Below, piece after piece: positions 13,695 to 26,790 of a stretch of DNA of 64,000 nt. Source of the stretch: Antedon mediterranea (Eukaryota > Animalia > Echinodermata). The first letter of the stretch is position 1. Every line of letters starts with the position of its first letter. Made by a program: the position numbers and the translations under genes. The stretch covers positions 16,191,045 to 16,255,044 of the forward strand of contig NC_092680.1 in the NCBI RefSeq assembly GCF_964355755.1, read 5' to 3'. The notes beneath the pieces are model-generated. The model saw nothing but the letters and a program-made list of their open reading frames with translations, had not been told where the DNA came from and did not search any database.

Positions 13695-14664
13695 TTAAAA
13701 TAATTCAAAATAATTATCATGTGGCTTCTTGCCTATGTTTTTGCTCCTTCTTGTAAATGTGCTTTTATTTTTATTGTAGGTGTTTAAATTAGGCCTAATT
13801 GTTTGTATCATGCTGCATATAGTTTTCAGATTTGTTCGTATTGTTTTACAGAATAATAAGATGCCTCCAGACGTTTACAAAGTTCTCTTCAACAAAAATT
13901 AATAATAAATAAATAATATTATATTATAATGTTTGTTAGGCAGGATAGTCAGATGCTCATCATTATGACTCCGTTTTCGGACTTTTTTGTTGTCTTGGAC
14001 AATCTGTTCGGTTTATTAGGCTTCCTGGTTTACCGTATTTAACAATAGCCTAACACTTAGGCCTACTTTCTTTTTACACTCGTATCCACAGCGCATAGAG
14101 ACTATTTGCTACTGTTTGCGCTATACATTTATTTAAAACCATTAATAATAAAATACAGTATTATTTATTAATTTTTATTTTCATTGCAATTAATTCACAG
14201 AATATGTTATATACAGTAGTTAATTATTTAAAATTCTTATAGTCATAGGCCCCTATAAGTATTATTAGTCCATGGCCTGATAAGCAACTGTATCTTCAAT
14301 AGTAAATGATTTAAAAAAATAGGATACTTTTCACCACATATACATTCCACAATTACTTTTCCCAGTCTGCTGGGAGGCCTAGTTATTGTCTTATTTGTAT
14401 ATGTTAGTCCATCGGTCGGCGTTTTGATTTTTCTGAAATTGGGAGCTCAGGTATACGTGAATATGCACATAGGCCTATGTGCTAAAATATTATCTTATTT
14501 TTTATTAATTTCGGTCTAGAACCTAGACTGCACCACCAGCTGCATTTTAAATATATTGATTTTTCTATGAATTATACTCTGTAGTCATCATAGTCCAGGC
14601 CATAATAAAATTATGGCCATCGTTAAAATCAATTAGGCCTACATGTTTTTTCCCACATATTTTT

Positions 14665-17600
14665 TCATTTCTTTTCTTCTAATTCTTCAACAAGTTCAGC
14701 AAGGTCAATTCGTCCAGCTTTTTTCAGTGCCGTGTGTAAAATATTTACTCTGTTGTCCCCTCGTTTGGTTGTCTTTTTCCATTCTAGCAACATGGCAACT
14801 GCCTGTTCTTCTGTGTCTCCTTGATGTTTCGATGACATTTTCTCTTGTTTAGAATACGGCACTCCGAGAAATGTAGCCAGTTTTCTCCAATCGCTGCCTA
14901 ATTCATCGGCCAATTCTCGAAAAACAACTTCTGTTAGTGGACAGGTATCTGAATTAACAAAAAAAATAGGGTATAGTGTTTTCATCTTATTGAATCATAG
15001 CCTACGTCACTCATCCTGGCCATGGTGCCTAATTTTCAGACGTAGGAGCATTACACAAAATGTCTTTCCACTATAACAACGGTTAAGGAAAACTCACTGC
15101 ATTTTATGTGCAATCATATTGACTCTAGTTCATGCTTTTCTCGTATAATATACATATTATAAAAACCAGATGATAGCCTGCTCAATGAAGGCGGTTAACA
15201 AAACAAGTGTAGGCTTACAAAATACCTAACAGGTACGGTCGCTTCTAACTTATAGTATATCGGATAAAAGGAAAGCCTTCATTTTAAATAAAAGTCGTTA
15301 CCTGATTTTTTTAGTTGAGACTGGATTGGGAGTGAAGTAGACGTCATTGGATTTGATATACTCGGTAGCGAAACAGCCTAAAAATGAAATAAACAATCAA
15401 AATTGTATGTTTGTTGTAATAAGAAAACGGAATCAGTGGACTCCTTTTTGTAAAGTACGCAATAAGATTATTATTCATTTCATTTAATTTTTCCTCATGT
15501 AAATACCACCATCCCCAAATTAGGTTCACTAGATACTATCTAACTGACTATCGCAAGTCGATTAGTACAAGTCTAGTAAATGATATGTACCTATATGTGT
15601 ACATAACTGATTCCAGTTAGATAGTATCAAGTGACAGCAAGGTAATCGGGTGATGATTTTTGTTGTGGAAATTAAACATACGCACCTCCGCATCTCGAAA
15701 CACAGATCGTAAACCAAGTTGCTGTAACAGCTCATATATCTTAGTTTCAAAAATTATAGGATCAGTAGCTTCAGAAAAGTCTACGTAAAGATGTCCACCA
15801 AATATTGTAGCAACCCAGCCGTCAGGAGAATAGTCGGCCTGCATTTTAATCGGAATAAATTCCTTCTTAAATTGACGCATACAGTTTCCTTCTAATAATC
15901 AAAAAGTCGAATATAGTTGTTAACAGGGAAAATAGTGTACCATCTGATAAAACAGTCAATATGTGAAACCCACGTAGGCTTGTAGATGTTTACAGTAGGT
16001 ATAATTAGGCCTACCAATTTAAGCCCGTATGGTTAGCTTATTGAAAAGGTCTATTTCAATTTACAAAGCTAAAAATTATAATTTTAGGAAGATTGTTTTC
16101 CTTTGTTTGACTTCCCAATGTATAACTACAAGGACCGTTTGATCACATTATTTTGGTAGGCCTACTAACTATGCGGGGAAAAAACGTCGATGAAAGCCCT
16201 TATTTTATTTTCATTAAAGCTAATGGTATTATAGTCGTCAACACACCTGATTTGCAATTATCACTATGTTGGTATTTATCAGAAAAGCAAGCCAGAACAA
16301 CAGCAGCATTTTTCACCGCAATTGCCATTGTGTCGAAGATAAAGCCATGCATCTTTTCTATGTCTATCCATACGTTGTAACCATGTTGTTTCAGACGATC
16401 TGCAATTTTTCGAACCATTCTAAGACAAATAATTAGTTGTATATATCATTATGTTTTCATTGAAATGCATTGATATCGTGTGTCCACCTAAATTGTTTAG
16501 GCCTATAGATAAATCATCCAATTTGGACATTATATATTAATAATATTAAACATTCTGAATATAAAATAGGGATAATAATAATTTATTTTATGATAATGTA
16601 ACTTTGATGCTATTATTTTAAAACTGGAAATGCTATTTTGTTGTCAGGTGAATAAACATCTCAATCTTTACAGAAGCACCATGTTAAATATTAGCTGTAT
16701 GTTTGTTTCTTGTAATTCAATTGCATTCTGCATATAGCCGGTTTGACACATGAATGCAACTCCAACACATTTCTCTTCGTAATAAAAAAAAAAGTCAAAA
16801 GTAATATAAAGCAAGCATGTATAAAGTAATTGACAAGAAGCATCCAGTAGCTTGATAGCTGATTCATCGATTATGCTTATGATCGATCGATTGAATGTAG
16901 AAATCAATATCAGTAGGTATACATATACTGTAGAAGGATATTTTGACATTTTAATGAAAATAACACTTACGCTTGATCATCCCATTGATAACTCATCATA
17001 ATATATCCTGGAGCCTACAAAAAGTCCATTAACATACATTGGCAACAACAAAATAAAATATGAAAAAAAAACAAATAACAATGGGACAAACGTTATAATA
17101 ACAAAATTATAATATTTAATCCTTGCTTTAGTCTACAAACTCCAACTAAATATTTTGCTTACAATGACGTATAGTTTAAGTTTGTTTCAATGTAGGCCTA
17201 TAAGCTTTGAGGTATTACGATCCACTGTGATAAACACTGCGTATTACCTCTCCCGTCCCCGCCCCCGCCCCGCTAAAAAAGTGTTAATTGCAAGTTAATT
17301 AAAGCAACTTTAATCTAAAAACAATCTGCAGTAAACTTATACACGATTTATACAAAATAATTTAAAAAGTACCATTATAAGTACGGTATCTTTATGTTAC
17401 AGTAAAGACAACTAAAATGGTAGCTATAGCCGGGTGGTGACCAGTGTGTAGCCCACAATCATGTCACAATGTAACGCATAGAAGTGCAGTACTTTATTGC
17501 ACGATGTTCAAAATAACGAAATAAACACAAAGTTTATTATTTAGGTACGTTAACCACATTTGAATTAAAATATTTAAATAAATTTGGACATTATTAACAT

Positions 17601-17789
17601 TTAATTAGTCCGTCTCTCAAAAATAGGTATTTACTACACATAAACTTACTAAAAGCAAGGCTATCAAATAACAATCAACATTAGCAGTGGCTTAAATAAT
17701 TGGAAACCATGCATTAATGCTGCTAATAAACTATTGTAAGGGTTACCGGTTTTTAAAACATTTCATGCACTTATTTAACTTACATCCAT
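14665..17789 (-). CDS. TIR (TIR_2-like) plus C-terminal death domain protein, 6 coding exons, about 262 aa (gene B)
   Basis: Exons 17789-17784 (ATG GAT|gtaagt), 17014-16971, 16419-16247, 15891-15686, 15377-15302, 14948-14665 (789 nt, all phases consistent). TIR: YIMMSYQW..MVRKIADRL..GYNVWIDIEKMHG..MAIAVKNAAVVLACFSDKYQHSDNCKSE..FIPIKMQADYSPDGW. Death domain: LADELGSDWRKLATFLGV..MLLEWKK..ALKKAGRIDLAE. The first micro-exon is the least certain part. Confidence 0.85.
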
Positions 17790-18422
17790 AGTTGGTTAAA
17801 CTTGTAGGTCGTCAAAAGTTGCTTACAAACGAGAAAATAAACGCCTAAAAATACACTTGATTACCGTTAATAAGTAAACTCTTTGTGTAAAAATTAGCCT
17901 TTTAAAAGGCGTAAAATAAAGTCTCTTATGATTCATTTGTAAAGGAAGTTTAAAATTTCCTGTTTATTGAAGTGCGCCATCATTATTTTTTTCTCTCCTT
18001 GTTTTAGGATTTTACTTTAAATTTGAACAGAACTGAATGTTACTTGGCTCACGTTCAATGTTGTAATAGTAATTCTTTAATCGACCTTTTATTATATCAG
18101 TCAATTCTGTAAACAAAACATATTATTCGAAACTATATATAATATTCTGGTAAGATCTATTGATGTTATATCTTAGCTCTCTTTCAAATCTAATTTCACC
18201 CAAAATGTATACTAGCTCCGGTTCAGTTTATCACTCAATGTTAAACGTCATAATATTAGTTTTCATTTCGTTGATAATCTAAACACGGTCAAATCAACCT
18301 ACTAAATGCTAGACTATTTATTTGATTCACCAGTTCTATTTTATTTTAGGAGGTTACTACAACATGCTTGGTCATTATTAAAATTAATATTTATAATTAC
18401 AACTGTGGGTCTAGAACATGCT

Positions 18423-21400
18423 TTAACTAGGAGAGCACTCAGCAATGTTCTTATCCAATTCAGGCATAGTTCCAGTCTGCTGTTCAGACTCAATATGCTG
18501 CTGAGTGTCCTGCAACCACTGCACGAGATCTTTTCTTCCAATATCATCGAGTGCCTCTGAAAGTGTCTTCATCGAGTCTGATTGACTGTTTTGTCCTTGA
18601 TGCCATTTTCCCAGCATCACATAACATCGACGAGTTACGGTTTTATAATCTTTCTGCAACTTCTGAATTGTTGAAGTCGCAACCTCAAGTCGTTGAGCTA
18701 ATTTCGACCAATGTAATGAAATTCTCTCAGAAAGACCCTTCATAACAGCCTCAGATAATGGGCCTAATCGTAAGAAATCAAAGTAAATTAAATTAAAATT
18801 GTTTAAAAGAAATTATATCATTCGAATTTTGTATTTCCATGTTCATAAAAAATCCTAAATTCTTACCTTCGGCACTGAAATACAAAACACCATCGATCTT
18901 GCTAATTGGGGCCTCCTGGATAAAAAAAATAACACTTTTATACTACTGTATTACTTTAAAAATGTTACCTAATCGAAATAAATCGAAACCGAAAGCCATT
19001 CCATCACATTATGTTAGGTAATGCGAAAAAAGTACTTAAAACACTATTTTTAGTCTTTTTTTCCCCTTTTGGACAAATAAAATGAATTATGAACTAACAA
19101 CGGTTTTGCATACTGTATGTTGAGAATTTGGTAAGTTCATACCTTTGTTATGTCGACATGGACTCTACCAACTTCGATGAACTTTAGATGGTTTGATGAA
19201 GTTTCATTCCGACCATTATCAATATTAGCAACATAAAAACTAATATTCCCACGATGTTTTTCAGAACCCCAGTTCATCTCTTGATTGATAGGTTTCATCA
19301 GAAATGTATATTCAATCGTTTGGTTTTGGTGAAATCTCAACATAATGTTATCTTTTCGGCTCTTCACTTCTTTTACGTTTCCATCCAAACATACTTTTAT
19401 ATGTTGGCCTTCTCTTATCGCTATGTCTTCACTCTGGAAGATAATATTATAGCAAGAAACTGTTGTAAGCTGTCGAAGAAGCTCATCTAACTCGTTTACA
19501 AATACCACTCGCAGAATCGCCTGCCTGTCATTTCCTTTCTGCTGACCTAAAATGATGTTTATGTAGAATGTGTTCACTTGGTTCTTTAGATGTCTTGCAA
19601 TTACTGGTAAGTTGGTCAAGATTGTTGTTTGAAGAGCAATTACCGTTATACTGATTAGAAAGAAACATGATGATAAGAAAAATAGATGCGTTTTGTTCAA
19701 CATTATCCTTCTTATAATTGACAGACTGTTGACAAAAAAAATGGTGAGTATTCTAAGGGATGTTAATGACATTGGTGATGAAGATGAAATGACAACGGTG
19801 ATGAAGATGATGGTGATAAACATGAAATAAAGATTGATAATAATAAAACAATAAATTAAAGGGTAAAACATACCTTTTACAAATATTCAACAACTTAAAT
19901 CTTAGTGTTCCCTTCGACCCATCGGCGACAACATTACACGGGATAACTGACCATCTTATCTTGTTTGTAGAAGTCAAGATATGGTAACCAATCATGATTT
20001 CATTTTCCCCATCTTTAATGGACTCCAGCTCTCCGCTGGTGAATTGAACATGCTCAGTTCTCCTCATCTTTGGGCATGGTAAAACAATCTCTCCCGGTAG
20101 TAAACAATCTTCCATATCCTTTTCTGGTAGTAGCGATAGAAATGGACTACATGAAATCAAACCGCCACAGCCTTGAACATTTACATTCGAATTTGCGATA
20201 ACCGACTGATGAATACATTCTACCTGTACAGAATGTAAAGAATGAAAATTGGTTATAAATTCCCGAATTCTAATAAAACAACATTATCATAGGCCTACAT
20301 AACTATCTTAAACTACATTTAACTAGTTTAAACTGACAGCTTATCTTTAAACTACCCATTGTCATTACTTCTTAAACAAACTTTATTTGTGCATACTGGA
20401 GGCCGAATTTGAACTCTTTAACAGTATCATGTTTTACAGAATTGGAAAAATAATAAAATTATAAAACAGTAAATCACCTTTTAGTATATTAATATATTTT
20501 GAATTTGCAATGTTTAAAGAAATTACTGAGATCAGTATAAAATCGAATAGAAATATCACCATGGCAAAAAATACTATGTGTAAATATTTTGTTAAATTAG
20601 GTGAAAGTATAAAGTACCTCCAGTAATATTTTTTTTATAGTAGGCCGAAAAAAGATTTTTAAAAAAATAAATCGATAATTGTTTTTGCTTAATTATTGCA
20701 AAATTGAGAGAAATATAATTTTAAAATAAAAAACATCATTTACGCCTAATATTTGTTCTCACCAGAAGTTTTGCCGTCAAACCAAAAGAATTTTCTCCGT
20801 AGGTTATTTCTACGTCCGGAACGTTTTTGGATCGTATAGTTCCACCTTCTTGTAAAATACTAACATCGTATTCCTTATGGCGATGGATGATAGCATACAT
20901 ACCAAGTACAGTTACTTCAATTTCAAGAAATCTAACACCCTAGACAAGAAAATTGGTCAATAATGTTACGTACCCAATGAATGTTACTTATGTAAAAATG
21001 TATGGAATCAGTAGCAAGATTTTTTTTTCAGCTAACTGGTACTGTTGGTTCAGTTATATCTTTGGAAATGTCCGTGATACCAGGGAGTTTTACATCTCTC
21101 TGGTAATAACGATTGTTAGTGCTAAAAATATCACACAAAAGATGTCACGTATTTAGAAAATTGCTATATTATGGGGTATTTAGTTTATCTTTTTAGATGT
21201 ACAATTCACGGATTATACCGTGTTGCTTCCCATATCATTGGCTTATAGTTTTTTTTTTACCTAAAGAAAATAACTTTTACGAAGATCATACTAAATGCAA
21301 TATGAAATAACTGGCAGTTAAAAAACTATTATTTATTTCTATTTAATTTATTATAAATTTTTTTGTAAATGACTGAATACCTGATGTTCTTCAAAGACTT

Positions 21401-24400
21401 TCTCAAACTTATGAGGAATTACGTCATTCCAACTTTTCCCACCATCGTTCGAGCACAATACTACAAGTTCATTCACTTGACCATCCAGCAATTCCTTTCT
21501 GATTGGTATTGCCAAATAAATAAACGGCTTAACAGATTTTCTTACAGGTTCCAGGTTCAAGATATCACATACTATCACGTCGCCGTCGTTTAATGGTATG
21601 GTAGTGTCTTGGCGTGGGTTGGTTGCAACAAATGGTTCACCGTCAATGTGTTCAACTGGTGATCGTATAACGCACAGCAGTTGGTTATTATGGTCTTGTA
21701 CACTGAAATGAAATTATTGATATTGTTAGACAGATTATAGTTTTATTTGTTTACATATTTGTATACATGTATTTTTTGTGAATCAATTAATTATCAATTA
21801 TCAAAACACACCTTATAGTTTTCCAGTTGCTTAATGGTACAGTGTGATTTACTTTCGCTTGAGAGTCTTTGTTTTTCAACTCTGCAAACAACAAAGACAA
21901 AACGAAGAAAAAACTGTCAACACAGTTGCGTCAGTTAATCAATTTGATAATGTAATGGATGGATCTCCCATTACATCAATGTTTGAACGCATGTCGTTTT
22001 TTTATATCGTTAATGTTTGTATGTGCTTAATACATTTAGACTGTTTTCTCGATAAGGCAATAGTTTGCCACATGGAGTCTAGTGACAGCTACAGAACCGC
22101 CACCTCTAGTGCTTAGCTTCATTTCTTCCTAATAGTTTATGATTGATTATTTGAATTTATTATATCATACTTTACTTTAACACAGTTAGAGAATCTTTAA
22201 CAAACTGGTACAAACTGGTACAAACTGGAACAAACTGGTACAATGACAAAGAATTAATGCACATGTTATCTTACTATTTGAACAGTCTGCGACTATTGAA
22301 GTCAGTAAACATTTACTCTTGGAAATTGTATCGTTAGAAGAATCAAAAGAACCCATGAACTAAAAAAAAAGAATTATTGTGATGTATTTTTGTTATTAGA
22401 AGATGTTTTTTCTATCTAATCGTCTGCCTCTTGAAGTTCAATATAGCAATTTGTATTTTCACTCATCTATCTTTTTGTCAAAAATGTTGTTGTTGTCTAA
22501 AATCTTTTTTTTTATTCTTATTTTTAAAGAATCTCCATATTTTTTACCAATATAATAGATCCACACTCTATGTTTGAATCTTTTTATCATTAAAGGTAAT
22601 TGTCACTTTCTGATTTCTGATTAATGTTTTTAAACATTTATGATCGAAAGGTGACTCCATGAAGTTATATAAGAATAAGATCAGAACTTTTAGAAAACGG
22701 TTATTTGCTAATCTTGTTGTGGATAAATACAATTCACTACCAGATAAGTTCTCGAGCTAGTGCCAATGAAGTATCCACCAAGTAAGTTAATTTCCTGTTA
22801 ATGCACAAATGTTTGAGGAAAAGTCAAGACTATATTTTTCGACTATATTCCTACTTGTTAAAGTTATGTCGCATGGCTGTTACAGATAGTACTGGGTGTT
22901 CTGTACAGTTCATTTTCATTGAAATGCAATGTCATTTATGTTTCAAAAGAATATGAATACTTTACATTGTTTGTTTGTTTTACCTACCTGATTATTTGAC
23001 CTAAGGCAGTATTCGAGATGCATCATGATAGCCTGGAATTTACTACCGTCTTCCGCTTTTGTAAAGTCGACTTTGTTGGTAGATCGAACCTCTCCCCACC
23101 TCTCAATGTTAAGACCGGTCTCTAACACTAATGTTATAAATCCCTTTTCATATTTTGCTATAGATTCACCAACTAACAACAAAAATAATAAATACAACAG
23201 AGGACAATTTTTATTTAGTCCTGAGGATGTTAACTGCACAAATAATTTATTATTGTACAAATATTTTAGCAATAGGCCTAATAGGTTCTAACAATGACAC
23301 CTTACCTTTTTGACAAGTAAAACTCTGTTCGTATTTTTTAGAGAAACACCCAAGAACAAAGCGTGAGTGCTGTACAATTTCTGATGTGCTTAAAACTCTG
23401 TCGCTTTTGAAGATTTCATCTAGAAGTACATCATACCCACTGTCAAGTAATTTCTTGCCAACCTTTTTGGCCATTCTTAAAACGGGAATAATAATAATGA
23501 TCGAACAGAAAACTATATAATCTTTTTTTTCCTTGATTATTAATACACATAGCTTTCGTTTACGTACCTCACTTTTTTGTCAGAATGACTATTTAATTCG
23601 ACAGCTGCGTGGTCGTGTATGCGTCGTGGAAACAAAACTTCTTTTTTATCAACATCTTTCTCATAATACGCCTCGACACTTACGATGATAATGATTTGTA
23701 ACAGGGATTTCGATGACCATCATGTTAGGATGATGGTTCATCGTTGACATCATCATCCATTTCTTTTTCCCTTTATTTATTAACTTTAATCATTTTATGA
23801 ATTATATTAAAAAAATTATATATTAAAACTTATTTCTAAATAAAAAAAATCAATTGAAATAGTATGTCTAGTCTTTTTTTCATTACATCATTTAATACTA
23901 ACCCATCATCTTCCCGGTTATAGCTAAGTAGTATGTAGCCAGATGATTGATTTCCCTGCAAAAAAAAACGGCTCATAATTAATAATTGCAAAATATGGAA
24001 GGCGAAGATGAGGATAAAAGAAGTACTGTCAACATTACATAGATATATAAACGTAAACGTTGGGAGGTTTATCCAATACAAAATAAAATGGTCTTTTACA
24101 CATTGGATATACCATTCTGTGTGATACTTCCCACAACATCCCTCAGTTATGTAATATTTAGACATATTATCCATTAGTTATAATTGAGGAGCAGGTATAG
24201 ATCCAAGATGTAATACAAACGGTGTGGGCCTAACTCGCCACTCAAATCATCCAGTATTCGCAAACACTATTTGCTCGCAAACACATTATACACGTATGGT
24301 CATCTACCGAAATTCATATTTAGAATTGGGTGACTCAATCAATGATGATGCAAAACCAGCTACATATTTTAACCACGGAGGTAAAACTAAGCAAATATTA

Positions 24401-24513
24401 CAAAGCTCTAACCAATTTTAAACCTTTGAAAACAATTACACTGATGCTGAATCCCCTACCTACCCAAATTACAGTGAATTACCATCGTCGTAGAGAGACA
24501 TACTCACCCCCAT
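18423..24513 (-). CDS. Divergent TIR + ZU5-ZU5-UPA + death domain protein (DTHD1/PIDD-like core), 12 coding exons, about 771 aa (gene A)
   Basis: Exons 24513-24508, 23955-23903, 23475-23306, 23172-22988, 22359-22275 (alternative same-phase donor 22317), 21881-21812, 21702-21381, 20939-20763, 20223-19874, 19650-19143, 18915-18867, 18763-18423 (2316 nt in frame). TIR-like YILLSY..GYDVLLD..FVLGCFSKKYEQS. ZU5-like VVLCSNDGGKSW, EGGTIRS, ISCSPFL and IVLPCP. Death domain HWSKLAQRL..MLGKW..EALDDIGRKDL. Confidence 0.8.
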
Positions 24514-24851
24514 ATTATGTCCTTGGTTGTTTGTCTCCAAATTAATACCAACTAATAGTGCGCTCTATGACAACTGATAATTATTGATACATGGCATAAA
24601 GGCAATCAAAAGTAGTATTTTTTTATATTCTATAAAATTCATAAGCAGGTTTTGATTGTGACATTATGGATGTCATTACTATTAATGGGTGTACTATTAG
24701 TATCATCTATGTAAATTAAAAGTACTAAGACGTAGGCCTACATTCATTTTAATTTATACAAAGTATATCGTCTGATAAGCTGCATCTTCGTTACCTACGT
24801 CAGTCAAGATTAATTTCAGTTTATGTAAGAACAACGAACAAAAGGTCTAAA

Positions 24852-24905
24852 CGGTTTATTGTTGACTGGGTTTATTGTTGACTGGGTTTATTGTTGACTG
24901 GGTTT
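24852..24905. repeat. 16-bp tandem repeat, 3 copies
   Basis: (GGTTTATTGTTGACTG)3. Confidence 0.9.
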
Positions 24906-25714
24906 AAGGACGATGGAGCTTTGTCTTCAGTTTAGTCTTAGTATTTTCAATCAATATTAGGCCTTTAAAGAATTTATTTTCCCCAAAAAACATCAAAAAT
25001 GAAGATGAATAAAATCATATTTGAATATGCCATGTTGCAGTTTAATAAAGTTATTCATTTATGTAGGCCTAGAGAAAAAAACAACAAACATATTAATTGT
25101 ATAAAGACACCATTTTTACGACAGGAAATTGACTATATTTTTACTATTATGTGAGCATATTCAACAACAAAAATGTTTGAAAACCAATTTTTAGGGGAAC
25201 AATATCTTTTCAATATCCTATCAATTTTCAAAGTAGGAATGCGACTATCATTTTTCATTATCTACAAAAGTGGGGTGCTCGGGGACACACATAATAACAC
25301 ATGCTTGTCTTAAATCCTCTGACTCAGATTATGTAAATACTTGCCTATGTTACTGAACAACAAACTCAATGACTTTTGGTTGCTAGCATTAGTAAGCAAA
25401 ATGATATTTACTGCAACTGGTCTATTGTGTACATTATTTTAATAATGATTGCTTCTAGAAACGATCAACTTTTCAAATCAATATTTTGTGTTTATTTATT
25501 TCTTCGTCGTCATTATCGACAACGCTAATGACTTGAAGGAAGCTATCTTTTTTCCCCTTTTTAATCGTTATATTTTATATGCAAATGAAAATAAATGTAA
25601 GAATTAGTTGAAACTGGTTGCTGTAACCAATAATAGTGATTAGTTGAAGCTAGTTATTTATTATTTATTCACTCCCTCATTCATTCATTTTATATATTCA
25701 TTTATATTGTTGGT

Positions 25715-26230
25715 AAAGTAAAACCCAACACTTCTGTGTACGTTAAGGTATCTTTATATAAGTTTGGTAGATATCTTATTAGCCCGATAACGTTACGCCA
25801 AGGAAGGATCGAATTTCCTTAGTGACACGTTAACGTTAATGGCCAAGTGTTCAATTATTAATTTTTGATACAGAAGAACACCGCAACAAAGTGTCAGGCA
25901 CTTTTTTAATGAGATAATGATTTTACTTGTATACAATAAACAATTCATTCGCAATAAATCAGTGACATTGTTCATGTAAAACAATTCACATCGCAGCCTA
26001 ATTATAATTTAGATTAATAAATAACAAATTATAATAAGGTAATTATTCCAAATAATCTGTAATCCTTCAACACATTGTTTTAAATTTAACAACGTCAAAA
26101 ATACACATAAATATTCATATAAAGGTAATTTGTAACCGTTATCAGTTTTACTCCATTGAAAATTAACAATGTTATCTAATAACAAAGTTTGTTTTTGATA
26201 GTCCAAAACGGTAATATCCTGCGACCAAAG
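25715..26230 (-). repeat. Inverted, diverged outlier copy (U0) of the 32.8-48.9 kb array unit
   Basis: Reverse complement contains CATTGTTAATT..AATGGAGTAAAA, TGTCACTGATTTATTGCGAATGAATT, GTGCCTGACACTTTGTTGCGGT, the AAGGAA/TTCCTT hairpin and GAAGTGTTGGGTTTTACTTT. Confidence 0.85.
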
Positions 26231-26504
26231 AAACCTAAAGACAGCTTCATACGACTGATTAGCGGTGATGATTAACGAAATGGAAAATCAAACAAGATAT
26301 ATAACATTGATTTGAAGATCTTTCTTCATTTTGTTCCCTATTTAAAAAAATTTAATATTGACAAGAGTTCTTCACAAATGATACAATCATTTATATTGAT
26401 AATCATTTTATTCATCCACATTCATCGAATTTTCCTTTTCTTATAATTTTCTCACCAAACTTAGCCACAATGATCAATGACACATCATATAATTGTGGTT
26501 AATT

Positions 26505-26790
26505 TTTGAAGGGTCAAGGTCGAAGATCAAGGTCCACCAAAAAAAAAAAAAATAATAATAATAAACAAAAAAAACCTCAGTGGGACTTGAACCAGCGATC
26601 TCAACTGTGAGAGGCTGGATACATAACCATTACACCACACTGTCATCCACACCTTTGTAGTGTGCAGTTAGCATATTTACACTTAGAACTAATAAAAAAA
26701 AATGTAAAAAAAAAATATTCAGGGGGCATTTTATGTAGGGGAATTTTACAGTAGGCGGAGGTTTGTACTCTCGGAGTACCCTCTAGTTAT
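26505..26790. mobile_element. Helitron/Helentron-like non-autonomous 3' end containing a degenerate tRNA-like segment (minus, about 26577-26644)
   Basis: GGTCAAGGTC repeats, terminal GGCGGAGGT-TTGTACTCTCGGAGTAC hairpin and CTAGTT. The minus strand has A-box-like TGTGGTGTAATGG and B-box GGTTCAAGTCC. Confidence 0.45.

Noticed and set aside
22740-22795. Extra exon of gene A
   Set aside because: An acceptor-like site is present but there is no good donor, and the gene model is phase-consistent without it.
14665-24513. One fused TIR-ZU5-UPA-DD-TIR-DD gene
   Set aside because: The first DD exon runs to a stop at 18423 with no convincing donor, and gene B has its own ATG micro-exon with a consensus gtaagt donor. 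Rare read-through splicing is not excluded.
26577-26644. Functional tRNA gene
   Set aside because: A and B boxes are present, but the acceptor and anticodon stems pair poorly and it lies inside a repeat-like element.
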